DNA of 64,000 bases from Minisyncoccota bacterium (GTDB taxonomy: Bacteria > Patescibacteriota > Minisyncoccia > Phycocordibacterales > UBA9973), in assembly GCA_041674285.1 (NCBI GenBank), contig JBAYVZ010000001.1, positions 165,129 to 229,128 of the forward strand, given 5' to 3'. Below are positions 1 through 9,249 of the stretch, in pieces. The stretch's first letter is position 1. Each line of letters opens with the position of its first letter. The notes beneath the pieces are model-generated. The model saw only the letters and a list, made by a program, of their open reading frames with translations, had not been told where the DNA came from and made no database searches. The position numbers were made by a program, and so were the translations under genes.

Positions 1-50
1 CACAACAAGGAAGCGTAACTGCAAATATCTCAAAGGGGGAATTTGATGCT

Positions 51-308
51 TTGTCTAGTAAGCAAAAAAATGATAATAAATTATTACTTAATATTATGAT
101 TGCAGTTGTAATTTTTGTAGTGATTACTTTTTGGATTGAATTATCTTCAATGCATAGAAATTACGAGCAAGATAAGTCATTAATGTTACAGAACAATGAA
201 CTCAACAAAGACTATTTTGATAAGGTCCTTTTATTAAATAATGAGATTCAGGACATTAAAACTAATTTAGAAGTTTTAAAAGCAAAAAATTCATATTTAA
301 AACAATAA
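51..308 (+). CDS. Small membrane coiled-coil protein, FtsB/DivIC-like septum formation initiator (tentative). The frame is open back to window position 1, so the N-terminus may lie upstream.
   Basis: Single TM helix (LLLNIMIAVVIFVVITFWI) followed by a heptad-like coiled-coil of about 50 aa. The track start is TTG. It sits immediately upstream of dnaJ. Confidence 0.3.
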   Translation: MSSKQKNDNKLLLNIMIAVVIFVVITFWIELSSMHRNYEQDKSLMLQNNELNKDYFDKVLLLNNEIQDIKTNLEVLKAKNSYLKQ

Positions 309-309
309 T

Positions 310-1407
310 ATGGCAAAAGATTACTACGAAACATTGGGAATAAAAAAAGACGCATCAAAGGATGAGGTCAAAAAAGCCTTTCATAAGATGGCGCATAAAT
401 ATCATCCTGATAAAAACAAGGGTGATGATTCTAAATTCAAAGAGGTGAATGAAGCGTATCAAACTCTATCTCACGATCAAAAGCGTGCTCAATACGACAG
501 ATTTGGATCCGAGGGCCCAGCTGGTTTTGGTGGTGGCCAAGGAGGAGGATTCGGAGGAGGTCAAGGTTTTGGTGGATTTGATTTCTCTGGATTTGCTCAG
601 GGTCAGGGTGGAATGGAATTCGACATGGGTGATCTAGGTGAAATGTTTGGAGACATGTTCGGAGGTGGCCGTAGAGGGGCCCAGAATCGCCGTGGACGCG
701 ATTTATCTACAGAAATAGACATGAGTTTCGAAGAGTCTATTTTTGGTGCTGACAAGGCTGTGAAGCTCTCAAAACAATCTTCTTGTGCTATCTGTAAAGG
801 TACTGGTGCCAAGGTGGGAACAAAGATGGACGAGTGTAAAACATGTAATGGTCAGGGGCAAATCAGAGAGATAAAAAGATCAATTCTCGGCTCATTCCAA
901 AGTGTAAAATCTTGCGACACTTGTACAGGTACAGGAAAAATTCCTCATGAGAAATGTAGTGAATGTAGTGGCAAGGGTGTCTTACACAAGCAAGAGAATA
1001 TCAATGTAGCCATCCCAGCTGGACTGCATAACGGTGAGACTATCAGGATGACCGGATATGGCGAGGCGATGAAGGGTGCGCCATCTGGCGACCTATACAT
1101 CAGACTAAATGTAAAACCACACAAGACATACAGGAGAGACGGGAATAATCTGATGACAGATATCCATATCAAGCTCACAGATGCTATGCTAGGTACTGAA
1201 TACAAATTAGAGACATTGGATGGCAATCTGGATATAAAGATCCCTGCAGGAGTAAATCACGGAGAACTATTACGCGTAAAAGGCAAGGGTGTACCAAATG
1301 GCTCACACAGAGGGGATATAATAATCCGCATTCAGGTAAAGATGCCTAGCAAGCTATCCAAAAAAGCTCACGAGGCAGTAGAAAAATTAAAAGAAGAGGG
1401 GATATAA
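310..1407 (+). CDS. dnaJ: Chaperone DnaJ (Hsp40)
   Basis: J-domain with the HPD motif (KYHPDKN) and a Gly/Phe-rich linker. Four CxxCxGxG zinc-finger repeats and a C-terminal substrate-binding domain are present. Confidence 0.95.
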   Translation: MAKDYYETLGIKKDASKDEVKKAFHKMAHKYHPDKNKGDDSKFKEVNEAYQTLSHDQKRAQYDRFGSEGPAGFGGGQGGGFGGGQGFGGFDFSGFAQGQGGMEFDMGDLGEMFGDMFGGGRRGAQNRRGRDLSTEIDMSFEESIFGADKAVKLSKQSSCAICKGTGAKVGTKMDECKTCNGQGQIREIKRSILGSFQSVKSCDTCTGTGKIPHEKCSECSGKGVLHKQENINVAIPAGLHNGETIRMTGYGEAMKGAPSGDLYIRLNVKPHKTYRRDGNNLMTDIHIKLTDAMLGTEYKLETLDGNLDIKIPAGVNHGELLRVKGKGVPNGSHRGDIIIRIQVKMPSKLSKKAHEAVEKLKEEGI

Positions 1408-1427
1408 GAATATTTTTATATAAAAAA

Positions 1428-1456
1428 ACAGCTCATATCAGTGAGCTGTTTTTTGA
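1428..1456 (+). terminator. Rho-independent terminator after dnaJ
   Basis: Hairpin ACAGCTCAT-atca-GTGAGCTGT followed by a T-run. Confidence 0.7.
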
Positions 1457-1500
1457 CTTAATCTATTATATATGTTAAAAATTAAGAAAATCCAATACAT

Positions 1501-2184
1501 ATGAAAAAAGATATTAAAATCGCAAACTATTCAGATCTAAAACCTATTAAGGTTATAGAGTCTGCCGAGAAAATGGTAAACATCTCACAGTTACTAAAGG
1601 ATTGTATTTGTGTGTACTTACCACAGTCAAACGACATGATTAATTATGTCGGGAATGATTTGTGGCTGAGAGAGAGCGTGGCTTTAAAAATTGAAAGAAT
1701 TTCTATTCAATTAAGATTAAAATATCCAACGTACAGACTAAAGATTGTATACGGATATCGTCATCTAGAAATTCAAACTAAACGTTTTTATTTAAGGAGA
1801 GACAAATTAAAAGAATCAAATCCTGAAATGAACGAAGAAGATTTACTAGAGCTCGCAAATACAATGGTAGCAAATCCGGAAACAGCAGGCCATCCTACGG
1901 GTGGAGCTGTAGACTTAACTATTACTACGCCCGATGGAGACTTAGATATGGGTACAGAGTATGCTGATTTTTCAATGCCAGAAGAAATAAAAATGTATTG
2001 CCCTCATTTAACTGAAACACAGAAAAGCAACAGGAAATTACTTTGCGATCTTATGATCACAGAAGAATTTGCACCTTTTTATGGTGAGTGGTGGCATTAT
2101 TCTTATGGTGACAGAGAATGGGCCTGGTTTTACAACAAACCAAATGCCATTTACAGTCAAATCGAATTTAGAAATATTTTCTAA
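1501..2184 (+). CDS. D-Ala-D-Ala dipeptidase-like zinc peptidase (M15 / VanX family)
   Basis: The motifs HPTGGAVDL and EWWHYSY match the VanX/DdpX signature (His-x-x-G-x-A-x-D and E-W-W-H). Size is about 227 aa. Confidence 0.65.
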   Translation: MKKDIKIANYSDLKPIKVIESAEKMVNISQLLKDCICVYLPQSNDMINYVGNDLWLRESVALKIERISIQLRLKYPTYRLKIVYGYRHLEIQTKRFYLRRDKLKESNPEMNEEDLLELANTMVANPETAGHPTGGAVDLTITTPDGDLDMGTEYADFSMPEEIKMYCPHLTETQKSNRKLLCDLMITEEFAPFYGEWWHYSYGDREWAWFYNKPNAIYSQIEFRNIF

Positions 2185-2188
2185 AAAA

Positions 2189-2218
2189 AGCCCCAATCAT
2201 AAAGATTGGGGCTTTTTT
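2189..2218 (+). terminator. Rho-independent terminator
   Basis: Hairpin AGCCCCAATC-ataaa-GATTGGGGCT followed by TTTTTT. Confidence 0.7.
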
Positions 2219-2289
2219 AATAATATCCAACTATTTACATTTGTAAATATTTTGATACTATTCTAAAATAGATTGCACACATTAAATAT

Positions 2290-2997
2290 ATGATAAAAAA
2301 ACCAACAAAAAAAATAGGAATACTAGGAGGCGCAGGACCAGCGGCAACTGCAAACTTTTTCAATGACATAGTCACAATTTCTCAGACTAAATACGGAGCA
2401 GAGCAAGATACCGAATTCCCTGAAGTTATTCTGTATAACATGCCAATGGAAGGGTTCAATGAGACTGGTTTTGCTGATCCTGAATCAGTAAAAGGTCAAC
2501 TAATATCAGGTGTTCAGAAGCTTGAGTCTTGGGGTGCTGATTTTATAGCACTACCTTGCAATACTATCCACCACTTCACAAAAGAAATGCGTGATTCTAT
2601 AAAAATTCCAATAATAAGCATTATTGAATCCACAGTAGATAGTGTAAAGAAAAATGAGATAAAGAGTGTAGGAATATTATCATCTAGAAGCACTCGAGAA
2701 TTATCACTATATAAAAATGCACTTGAAAATGAGGGAATTAATGTATTCGAAGCTGACGAAAATGAGCAACAACACCTCGACAACATAGTACTAAAGGTTA
2801 TGTCTGGAACTCAAGGAGAAAAAGAAATGAAAGAAATGAATGCTATGGTAGACAGGATGAGTGAACTAGGAGTCCAGGGTGTTATTTTAGGCTGTACAGA
2901 GCTACCACTAGCAATAAATCAATCTGATTCCGGTACAAAGCTTTTTAATACGATCAAGATCCTGGCTGAATATTCTGTAGACGAAGCATACAAATAG
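2290..2997 (+). CDS. Aspartate/glutamate-family amino-acid racemase (Asp racemase-like)
   Basis: N-terminal IGILGGAGPAAT motif and a second catalytic-cysteine motif ILGCTELPL, both typical of the Asp/Glu/hydantoin racemase family. Confidence 0.75.
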   Translation: MIKKPTKKIGILGGAGPAATANFFNDIVTISQTKYGAEQDTEFPEVILYNMPMEGFNETGFADPESVKGQLISGVQKLESWGADFIALPCNTIHHFTKEMRDSIKIPIISIIESTVDSVKKNEIKSVGILSSRSTRELSLYKNALENEGINVFEADENEQQHLDNIVLKVMSGTQGEKEMKEMNAMVDRMSELGVQGVILGCTELPLAINQSDSGTKLFNTIKILAEYSVDEAYK

Positions 2998-3004
2998 AAA
3001 CAAA

Positions 3005-3040
3005 AAATCCCTGTACTAGAACAGTACAAGGATTTTTATC
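3005..3040. terminator. Bidirectional hairpin terminator between the convergent racemase and the 206-aa gene
   Basis: Inverted repeat CCTGTACT-agaac-AGTACAAGG flanked by A-run and T-run. Confidence 0.55.
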
Positions 3041-3041
3041 T

Positions 3042-3662
3042 TTAAGCCGATTGATGTATCGGAATGGATTCATGGTGAACATGACTCTGTGGCGGATAAT
3101 GATCAACCTGATGAAAGCTACCATCTTTTTCAAAAAGGATAATTGAGAAGTTTAAATCTTTTAGATTTAGCTTACCTAAAATCTTAATGAGATGCTCTTG
3201 TTCTGTCCCGTAATACGAAGGTAGTATATTTATAATATTTTTATACCCTAATTCATATTTATAGACAGTTAAAGCTGCATCAAGGAGTACACATAGAGGA
3301 ATTCCGCTACTATTAGTAATAGGAAAACCTGAAATATAATACTTTCCATCTTTTTGGTTTAGGTGAGCTCTTTTCTTTTTTTGTTCTAAATTCAACAATT
3401 TTTCCAAGATCTCCTTTGCTTTGTCTACCATCTTTGATTCAAAAACCAAAATATCAGGATCAAATAATAGTTCGACAACATCCTCACTTTTTTCAAAATG
3501 AGAAACATTGGCCAGAGGGTGGAAATCATCAACAAAGAGCATTGTTTTGTCGGAGGGCTGTCTTACTTTATTTAGTATTTCAACACCAGTAGTAGACCAG
3601 ATCGTTGGTCCATAAGCTGAATAATAATGTCCAGCTTCGATAATACGTATTACTTTATCCAT
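3042..3662 (-). CDS. Hypothetical protein (206 aa), no recognisable motif
   Basis: Long ORF with protein-like composition. No family recognised by eye. Confidence 0.4.
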   Translation of the reverse strand: MDKVIRIIEAGHYYSAYGPTIWSTTGVEILNKVRQPSDKTMLFVDDFHPLANVSHFEKSEDVVELLFDPDILVFESKMVDKAKEILEKLLNLEQKKKRAHLNQKDGKYYISGFPITNSSGIPLCVLLDAALTVYKYELGYKNIINILPSYYGTEQEHLIKILGKLNLKDLNFSIILFEKDGSFHQVDHYPPQSHVHHESIPIHQSA

Positions 3663-3813
3663 AGTTCAAATTGTTTGTTTTTTAGAATTAAACCATATTT
3701 CAAATAAAAAGGAAATACCAATAGGTATATATTTACATTTTGTCAAATTCGTGTATAATTATCAGTATTATTATTTATCTCAGGTTGGTTAAGAGCCCGC
3801 TTGTCATAAAGAG

Positions 3814-5196
3814 ATGAACAAAAATGTATCCGCTTCTAAGAAGCTTTGGAAGCTCGGAATGAAAGAGTTTAATACTCAATATTTTGATTATAGTAAAGAG
3901 GGTGATCTGATTATCAAAGAAGGTCACAATATTTACAACGTACGATACCTTGCAGAAAAATTCGGAACATCACTAGAGATACTGATGCCTTTTGTTGTTG
4001 AAGAGAGATTGGAGGACTTCCTAGACCTAGCAGAGAGTATGTCTAAAAAGGTGGGATACAAAGGTAAATTCTTTTACCACTATCCTATGAAAGTGAATCA
4101 GAACAAAGAGGTAGTTATGTCTATCGTGGGCGAAGGTGCGCACCTAGAGACTTCATCATTTAATGACCTGTATTTGATAAAGAAGATGCTCGAGCAAGAG
4201 ACCTTCAACCCAAACATCCGTATTCTTTGTTCAGGACCTAAAACAGACAAATACATAAATCTTATCGATGATCTACAGCACAAAGGAATCAAGATATTCC
4301 CACTAATCGAGGGCCCAAATGAGCTCAAATTCCTACAGCACTCAAAATATGATGTGGGTATTCGCCTAGATATGCCAGTAAAGGCAGATTCGTACTGGAA
4401 CAAGCCGATTGACCGTTTTGGTTTTTCTGCAAAAGAAATACTAGAGATGGGTAGCTTCAAAAATCTAAAGATTGTTCACTACCACATTGGCTCACAAATT
4501 GAAAAATTGTCTGACGTCCTGGGTCCTATAAAGTATGCATTGGATGTGTACTTTAAACTCAAGGAAAAGAATCCGTCTCTAGATACATTAGATATCGGTG
4601 GAGGTATGCCTATTCCATATACTCGCACAAAGAGTTATCCTATAGACAAGCTAATGGAAAAGGTTTTCGAATTGATCAAGAAAGAATCTGAAAAGCATGA
4701 GATGCCTCAGCCAAACCTAGTATGTGAATGGGGTCGCTATATAGTAGCTCCTGCACAGATCACAGTTTTCAAGATTATCGATACAAAAACAATAAACCAC
4801 AAAAAAGCTGCTGCAAAGAAATGGTATGTGATAGACGGTAGCTTTATGAATGACCTCCTAGACACTTGGGCAATAGGTCAAAAATGGTCTATAGCTCCAG
4901 TCTCAGCCAAGAGAGATCATAAATTAAACGACGTATGGCTAGCAGGATCGTCTTGTGATTCCGATGACATATACACTGGGGTAAATGGCACAGTTTCATT
5001 GCCAGATTATGATTCCAATGAAGGTGGAGACCCTATGTACATAGCAGTATTCGATACTGGTGCATACCAGGATCCTCTAGCGGCGCACCATTGTATGCTA
5101 TCCTCACCAGCAAAGATCATAATAGAGAATGGTCACGTAGTAATAGCTCGTAAGAGAGAAACTCCCGAAGATGTAGGTAAAGACTTTGGTTGGTAG
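3814..5196 (+). CDS. PLP-dependent fold-type-III basic-amino-acid decarboxylase (Orn/DAP/Arg decarboxylase family), probably arginine decarboxylase
   Basis: PLP-lysine region (YHYPMKVNQN), HYHIGSQ motif, EWGRYIVAP (the EPGR-like motif), and CDSDD plus DTGAYQD C-terminal motifs. An arginase/agmatinase-family gene lies elsewhere in the window. Confidence 0.6.
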   Translation: MNKNVSASKKLWKLGMKEFNTQYFDYSKEGDLIIKEGHNIYNVRYLAEKFGTSLEILMPFVVEERLEDFLDLAESMSKKVGYKGKFFYHYPMKVNQNKEVVMSIVGEGAHLETSSFNDLYLIKKMLEQETFNPNIRILCSGPKTDKYINLIDDLQHKGIKIFPLIEGPNELKFLQHSKYDVGIRLDMPVKADSYWNKPIDRFGFSAKEILEMGSFKNLKIVHYHIGSQIEKLSDVLGPIKYALDVYFKLKEKNPSLDTLDIGGGMPIPYTRTKSYPIDKLMEKVFELIKKESEKHEMPQPNLVCEWGRYIVAPAQITVFKIIDTKTINHKKAAAKKWYVIDGSFMNDLLDTWAIGQKWSIAPVSAKRDHKLNDVWLAGSSCDSDDIYTGVNGTVSLPDYDSNEGGDPMYIAVFDTGAYQDPLAAHHCMLSSPAKIIIENGHVVIARKRETPEDVGKDFGW

Positions 5197-5200
5197 AGAG

Positions 5201-5247
5201 AAATCCCTCGTTTCAATATCGAAAGATGTTGACGAGGGATTTTTGTT
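5201..5247 (+). terminator. Rho-independent terminator after the decarboxylase
   Basis: Stem AAATCCCTCGT ... ACGAGGGATTT followed by TTTTG. Confidence 0.7.
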
Positions 5248-5330
5248 GTGTAATATGCTCAATGTTATATAATATATATATATTAGTAGTTAGTTTAATC
5301 TTGGCAGATTATCTGCCAACAAATTTAATT

Positions 5331-6317
5331 ATGCAAAATAAATTTATTAAAAAGTACGCACCATTGTTAATGTTTGGAGTAATATTTTACTCTGGATCAG
5401 TCAATGCTGAAGAAAATTTGACTATTTCCAACACATCAAGTGATGACTCACTAAAAACTTCAGTAGAAGTAGAACACGAAGAAAATGAGGGTATGGATGA
5501 CAAAAATGATGATCGCCTTAGATTCGGAGCAAAAGATGAAGAAAGAAAGCTAAAACTAGACCAGAAGATGGAAGATCGTAAGATAAAGATCGAGGATCGT
5601 AAAATCAAAATGGAAGAAAATAAAGCTGATTTTGAAAAAAGAATAGAAGACAAAAAGATTAAATTCGAAGAAAAAAAGGAAGGGAAGAAGGTAGAGATAG
5701 AAGCAAAGAGGGAAGAGATGTTGAAAAATGTCCTAGAGAAGAGAAAGGAATTTGAATTAAAAAAAGAAGCTTTAAAAACAGAAATGAAATCAAAAGCTGA
5801 CGCAGCAAAAGAAGCTTTAAAAAAGACTCTTGGGATAATGAAAGATGAGAAGAAAAAGGCATCAGTTGAAAATATCGCAAATATCATAGATAATGCAAAC
5901 AAAAATACTGGCACACGATTTACAAATACTGTCAATAGTGTTGAAAATGTATTAGTTTCTATAAAGTCTAGATCAGAGAAAGTTGGAGCTACAGGAGCAG
6001 ATACAACAGCAGTTCTAGCTGAGATATCAAAAGCAGAAGCTCTTATCACAGAAGCCCGAACAGCTATTTCTACTCAGTCAGCAAAAGTTTATACTATAGA
6101 TGTAACAGATTCTACAAAAGTTAAAGAAGCTATGAAGGCTACTCGCGATCTATTCAATGCAGACATAAAAGCTGTTCAAGAAAAGGTAAAGCTAGCTCGT
6201 GATGGCGTCAAAAAAGCAGCCGATGTCCTAAAGAAGACAACACCAAAGCCAGCTCCAGCAGCAACACCAGTCACAACAGAAGCTAATGTAGAAGCTACAG
6301 TAAATACAACAAATTAA
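5331..6317 (+). CDS. Secreted Lys/Glu-rich coiled-coil repeat protein (hypothetical)
   Basis: Signal peptide at the internal Met (MQNKFIKKYAPLLMFGVIFYSGSVNA). Internal EDRKIK/EEKK repeats and a C-terminal Pro/Thr/Ala tail. The track ORF starts earlier, at 5190, overlapping the terminator. Confidence 0.5.
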   Translation: MQNKFIKKYAPLLMFGVIFYSGSVNAEENLTISNTSSDDSLKTSVEVEHEENEGMDDKNDDRLRFGAKDEERKLKLDQKMEDRKIKIEDRKIKMEENKADFEKRIEDKKIKFEEKKEGKKVEIEAKREEMLKNVLEKRKEFELKKEALKTEMKSKADAAKEALKKTLGIMKDEKKKASVENIANIIDNANKNTGTRFTNTVNSVENVLVSIKSRSEKVGATGADTTAVLAEISKAEALITEARTAISTQSAKVYTIDVTDSTKVKEAMKATRDLFNADIKAVQEKVKLARDGVKKAADVLKKTTPKPAPAATPVTTEANVEATVNTTN

Positions 6318-6345
6318 TTAAATTATTAAAATAATATAAATAAAT

Positions 6346-6585
6346 ATGGACAAAAATAAATTAACTATTGGCGCTATTGTATTGATAATATTGATTGCCC
6401 TGGGTGCATACTACGCATCTACTAGCCAGGAAAGAGAGATGCAAAAAGAAGAAGTAAACAGTCTAGACCAAGCTACTGAGGCTGATACAACAGAATCTAT
6501 CGATGAATCTCTAAAAAATATAGATATCGAGTCAGGAACAGAAGCAGACATTAATTCAATAGACCAAGAGCTAAAAGTTCTATAA
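6346..6585 (+). CDS. Small membrane protein with an acidic C-terminal tail (hypothetical)
   Basis: One TM helix (LTIGAIVLIILIALGAYYA) followed by a D/E/S/T-rich tail. Confidence 0.4.
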   Translation: MDKNKLTIGAIVLIILIALGAYYASTSQEREMQKEEVNSLDQATEADTTESIDESLKNIDIESGTEADINSIDQELKVL

Positions 6586-6596
6586 TGTGTTATATT

Positions 6597-6626
6597 TAAA
6601 AGGCATCCTTATGGGTGCCTTTTAAA
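6597..6626 (+). terminator. Rho-independent terminator
   Basis: Hairpin AAAGGCATCC-ttat-GGGTGCCTTT followed by T/A. It overlaps the GTG start proposed by the ORF track at 6615. Confidence 0.6.
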
Positions 6627-6629
6627 TAT

Positions 6630-7880
6630 ATGAGTATGAACAATAATCTAGATTTTGATGTGATAGTTGTCGGTGGTGGCGCCTCAGGAATGATGGCGGC
6701 TATTACAGCTGCACGTGCAGGACGCAAAGTATGTATAATCGAAAAGAATAAGAAGCTTGGGGAGAAATTAAAGATTACGGGTGGTGGTAGATGCAATGTG
6801 ACGAATGCCGAAGAAGACATCCACAAGCTACTATCTATATACGGAGACGCAAAAGACTTTTTATACTCTCCATTTTCTCAATTTAGCAACTTAGATACTT
6901 TTAAATTCTTTGAAGATTTAGGATTGCCTCTAGTCGTCCAGGCGCGCAAGCGTGCTTTTCCTCATACAGAGAAAGCGGTAGATGTATTGAATGTAATGGA
7001 AAAAGAAGTAAAGAAGCTCAACATTCATATGGTTATGGGTAATGCTGTTCGCAATATAATCCACACAGAATCTAGAATAAAAAAAGTAGAGACGGCAAAA
7101 GGTTCATATAGCGCGGAATCTTTTATTATTTCTACCGGAGGATTATCTCACCCAGAGACCGGATCTACTGGTGATGGATTCAATTTCCTTCGGGATCTAG
7201 GTCATAAAGTAAAGAATCCGACACCTACGATAGTACCACTAGCTGTAGCTGACAATTGGGTCAAAGAGCTCGCTGGAGTATCTGTAGACCTCATGAAGAT
7301 TACATTTTATCTTGAAGGTAAAAAATATTTTTCAAAAAAAGGGAAGATACTCTTTACTCATTTTGGGCTCTCTGGACCACTGATATTGAACTCTTCAGCT
7401 CAAGTCCAAGAATTATTATACGATGGCATAGTAACTGCAAAGATAGACCTATACCCAGATCACGACATAGCAATGCTAGACAAAAAAATTCTAAAAATAT
7501 TTGATGAGAATAAAAATAAAAACTTTGGAACTATTTTTAAATTAATAGTACCTGAGGGGATGCATAAATCTCTCCACACATTTTTTACTGATATAGATTT
7601 TGATACAAAGGTGCATAGCATATCCAAGGAAAACCGCAGAAAGATAATAGACATATTAAAGGCGTTACCTATTGAGATAGAGGGCCTGATGGGCTACGAG
7701 CGCGCTGTGGTGGCCGATGGAGGCGTCACTCTGACCGAGATAGATATGAAAACCATGAATTCAAAAATCATAAAAAATCTATATGTGACAGGGGACTTGC
7801 TGGATATAAACAAGCGTTCAGGAGGATTTCCACTCCAGTTATGCTGGACTACAGGATATGTAGCTGGTAAAAATGCATAG
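6630..7880 (+). CDS. FAD-dependent oxidoreductase, HI0933 / YhiN (BaiN-like) flavoprotein family
   Basis: Rossmann motif DVIVVGGGASGMMAAITAA near the N-terminus and GGGRCNVTN. The C-terminus matches HI0933-like proteins. Start moved to the ATG at 6630, outside the terminator hairpin. Confidence 0.7.
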   Translation: MSMNNNLDFDVIVVGGGASGMMAAITAARAGRKVCIIEKNKKLGEKLKITGGGRCNVTNAEEDIHKLLSIYGDAKDFLYSPFSQFSNLDTFKFFEDLGLPLVVQARKRAFPHTEKAVDVLNVMEKEVKKLNIHMVMGNAVRNIIHTESRIKKVETAKGSYSAESFIISTGGLSHPETGSTGDGFNFLRDLGHKVKNPTPTIVPLAVADNWVKELAGVSVDLMKITFYLEGKKYFSKKGKILFTHFGLSGPLILNSSAQVQELLYDGIVTAKIDLYPDHDIAMLDKKILKIFDENKNKNFGTIFKLIVPEGMHKSLHTFFTDIDFDTKVHSISKENRRKIIDILKALPIEIEGLMGYERAVVADGGVTLTEIDMKTMNSKIIKNLYVTGDLLDINKRSGGFPLQLCWTTGYVAGKNA

Positions 7881-7910
7881 AAATAGCCAACAGTACGATA
7901 GTACTGTTGG

Positions 7911-8405
7911 CTATTTTAAAACTTGGACAGAATGCAGATTCATATCTGTATCTAGATACATTCTGTAATGAATCTTGATATCATCTTCATCTTTTACAAA
8001 GAAAAAAATATCGTGATTCATGGGTACCTCTATGAGCATATAAGGAGCTCCTGGGTCCTGATAAATGATTAATTTATGTTTCAAATTAACGCTATTCTTG
8101 TGTTTAAACAAGACTATTGCTGTGTTAATCTTGGGAACTTTTGATTTACACAAAAAAGTACGTCCTAGATTTGAGTCGTAATAAAAATCTAAATCATAGA
8201 TCATATCATCTTTTATGTCAGGAGGGGAACTGCGACTCAAATATCTTCGAACAGCAATGGGGGGATACGAGCTATTACTCAATCTGATATAGTAGTCGTT
8301 ATTTTCAGCCTTGTAGACGGGTATACCTATGGATACCAGGTCATTCTTCACAGTGAATGTTTTCATCTTAATATTTGTTTTATTTTTAATATAACCAATA
8401 CACAA
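7911..8405 (-). CDS. Hypothetical protein (164 aa)
   Basis: ORF only. Divergent from the next gene. Confidence 0.35.
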   Translation of the reverse strand: MCIGYIKNKTNIKMKTFTVKNDLVSIGIPVYKAENNDYYIRLSNSSYPPIAVRRYLSRSSPPDIKDDMIYDLDFYYDSNLGRTFLCKSKVPKINTAIVLFKHKNSVNLKHKLIIYQDPGAPYMLIEVPMNHDIFFFVKDEDDIKIHYRMYLDTDMNLHSVQVLK

Positions 8406-8486
8406 TAAAAGTCAAAATACTGCGAATCATATATGATATTGACTATGTGTGGTTTTATGTATTATAATACAAAAAAATTTCACATT

Positions 8487-9098
8487 ATGAATACACCCAA
8501 AAACCAAGGTCCGCTACAGGATCTTTTAGGCAAATTGTTTTCTGGATATGTTAAGAGTCCGCTCTCTGGAATCTGCTTTGAATTTACAAAAGATAAAGAT
8601 GATGAATTGAGAGTCTTTACAATGAAAAAACAAATAGACCAGGACAAATTAATATCTTATGAGTCCAACGAGATTGACCCAACATTAGGAAAATTTCACA
8701 TACCCAACAGAGGTATCGTAAAAAAAGAAGATGAAAATACCAGTAGAATTTACCATCCAAATAAATTTTTATTACTAGTAGAACCATCCAAGAAATTCAA
8801 GACAATGCTAGAATCAGTATCAGAGATTGAACACACAGTACTGATAAGCGAACTAGTAAAGCACCACTGGTTGTACCACTCTGAAGTATTTCCTCAAAGA
8901 CAAGAAGGTCCGATTGAGCTCTCTGTGCAATTCAAGTCTCTTAAATTTTCATATGGATACATAGGTGATTATCCATACACTATGAAAAATGAAAAGGACC
9001 AGAAAATTTACCTTAGCATCTATGAGGGGATTGAAGTATTCAAAGAATTAGATCCAGACTATGACAGGATTCCATTAATAGGAAAACAGTCTAAGTAG
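8487..9098 (+). CDS. Hypothetical protein (about 204 aa from the internal Met MNTPKNQ)
   Basis: ORF only. A TATAAT-like hexamer (TGTATTATAAT) lies about 25 bp upstream. A hairpin terminator follows at about 9105-9150. Confidence 0.35.
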   Translation: MNTPKNQGPLQDLLGKLFSGYVKSPLSGICFEFTKDKDDELRVFTMKKQIDQDKLISYESNEIDPTLGKFHIPNRGIVKKEDENTSRIYHPNKFLLLVEPSKKFKTMLESVSEIEHTVLISELVKHHWLYHSEVFPQRQEGPIELSVQFKSLKFSYGYIGDYPYTMKNEKDQKIYLSIYEGIEVFKELDPDYDRIPLIGKQSK

Positions 9099-9249
9099 AA
9101 ATCAGATACTCGACGCGGGTGCAGGATTATATATCTTGCTCCGCGTTGTTTTTTATATTCAATGTCGTAAAAGATATATTGTGCGACACTCACATATAAA
9201 AAACACCTATGAAAAAAGGGCTTTTCAGCCCTTCCCTCAATATATTATT

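Noticed and set aside
603-1226. Minus-strand ORFs (603-812, 945-1226) inside dnaJ, and similar antisense ORFs inside other well-supported genes (2514-2786, 4098-4460, 5387-6049, 11446-11694, 21521-21986, 57405-61304 and others)
   Set aside because: They lie entirely within, and antisense to, genes with strong protein-family support. Their products are low-complexity or Ser/Pro/Arg-rich translations typical of antisense frames. They were treated as non-coding.
3740-3759. A sigma70-like promoter TTGTCA ... TATAAT upstream of the decarboxylase gene
   Set aside because: The two hexamers are only 8 bp apart, incompatible with a canonical 16-18-bp spacer. It was not called.
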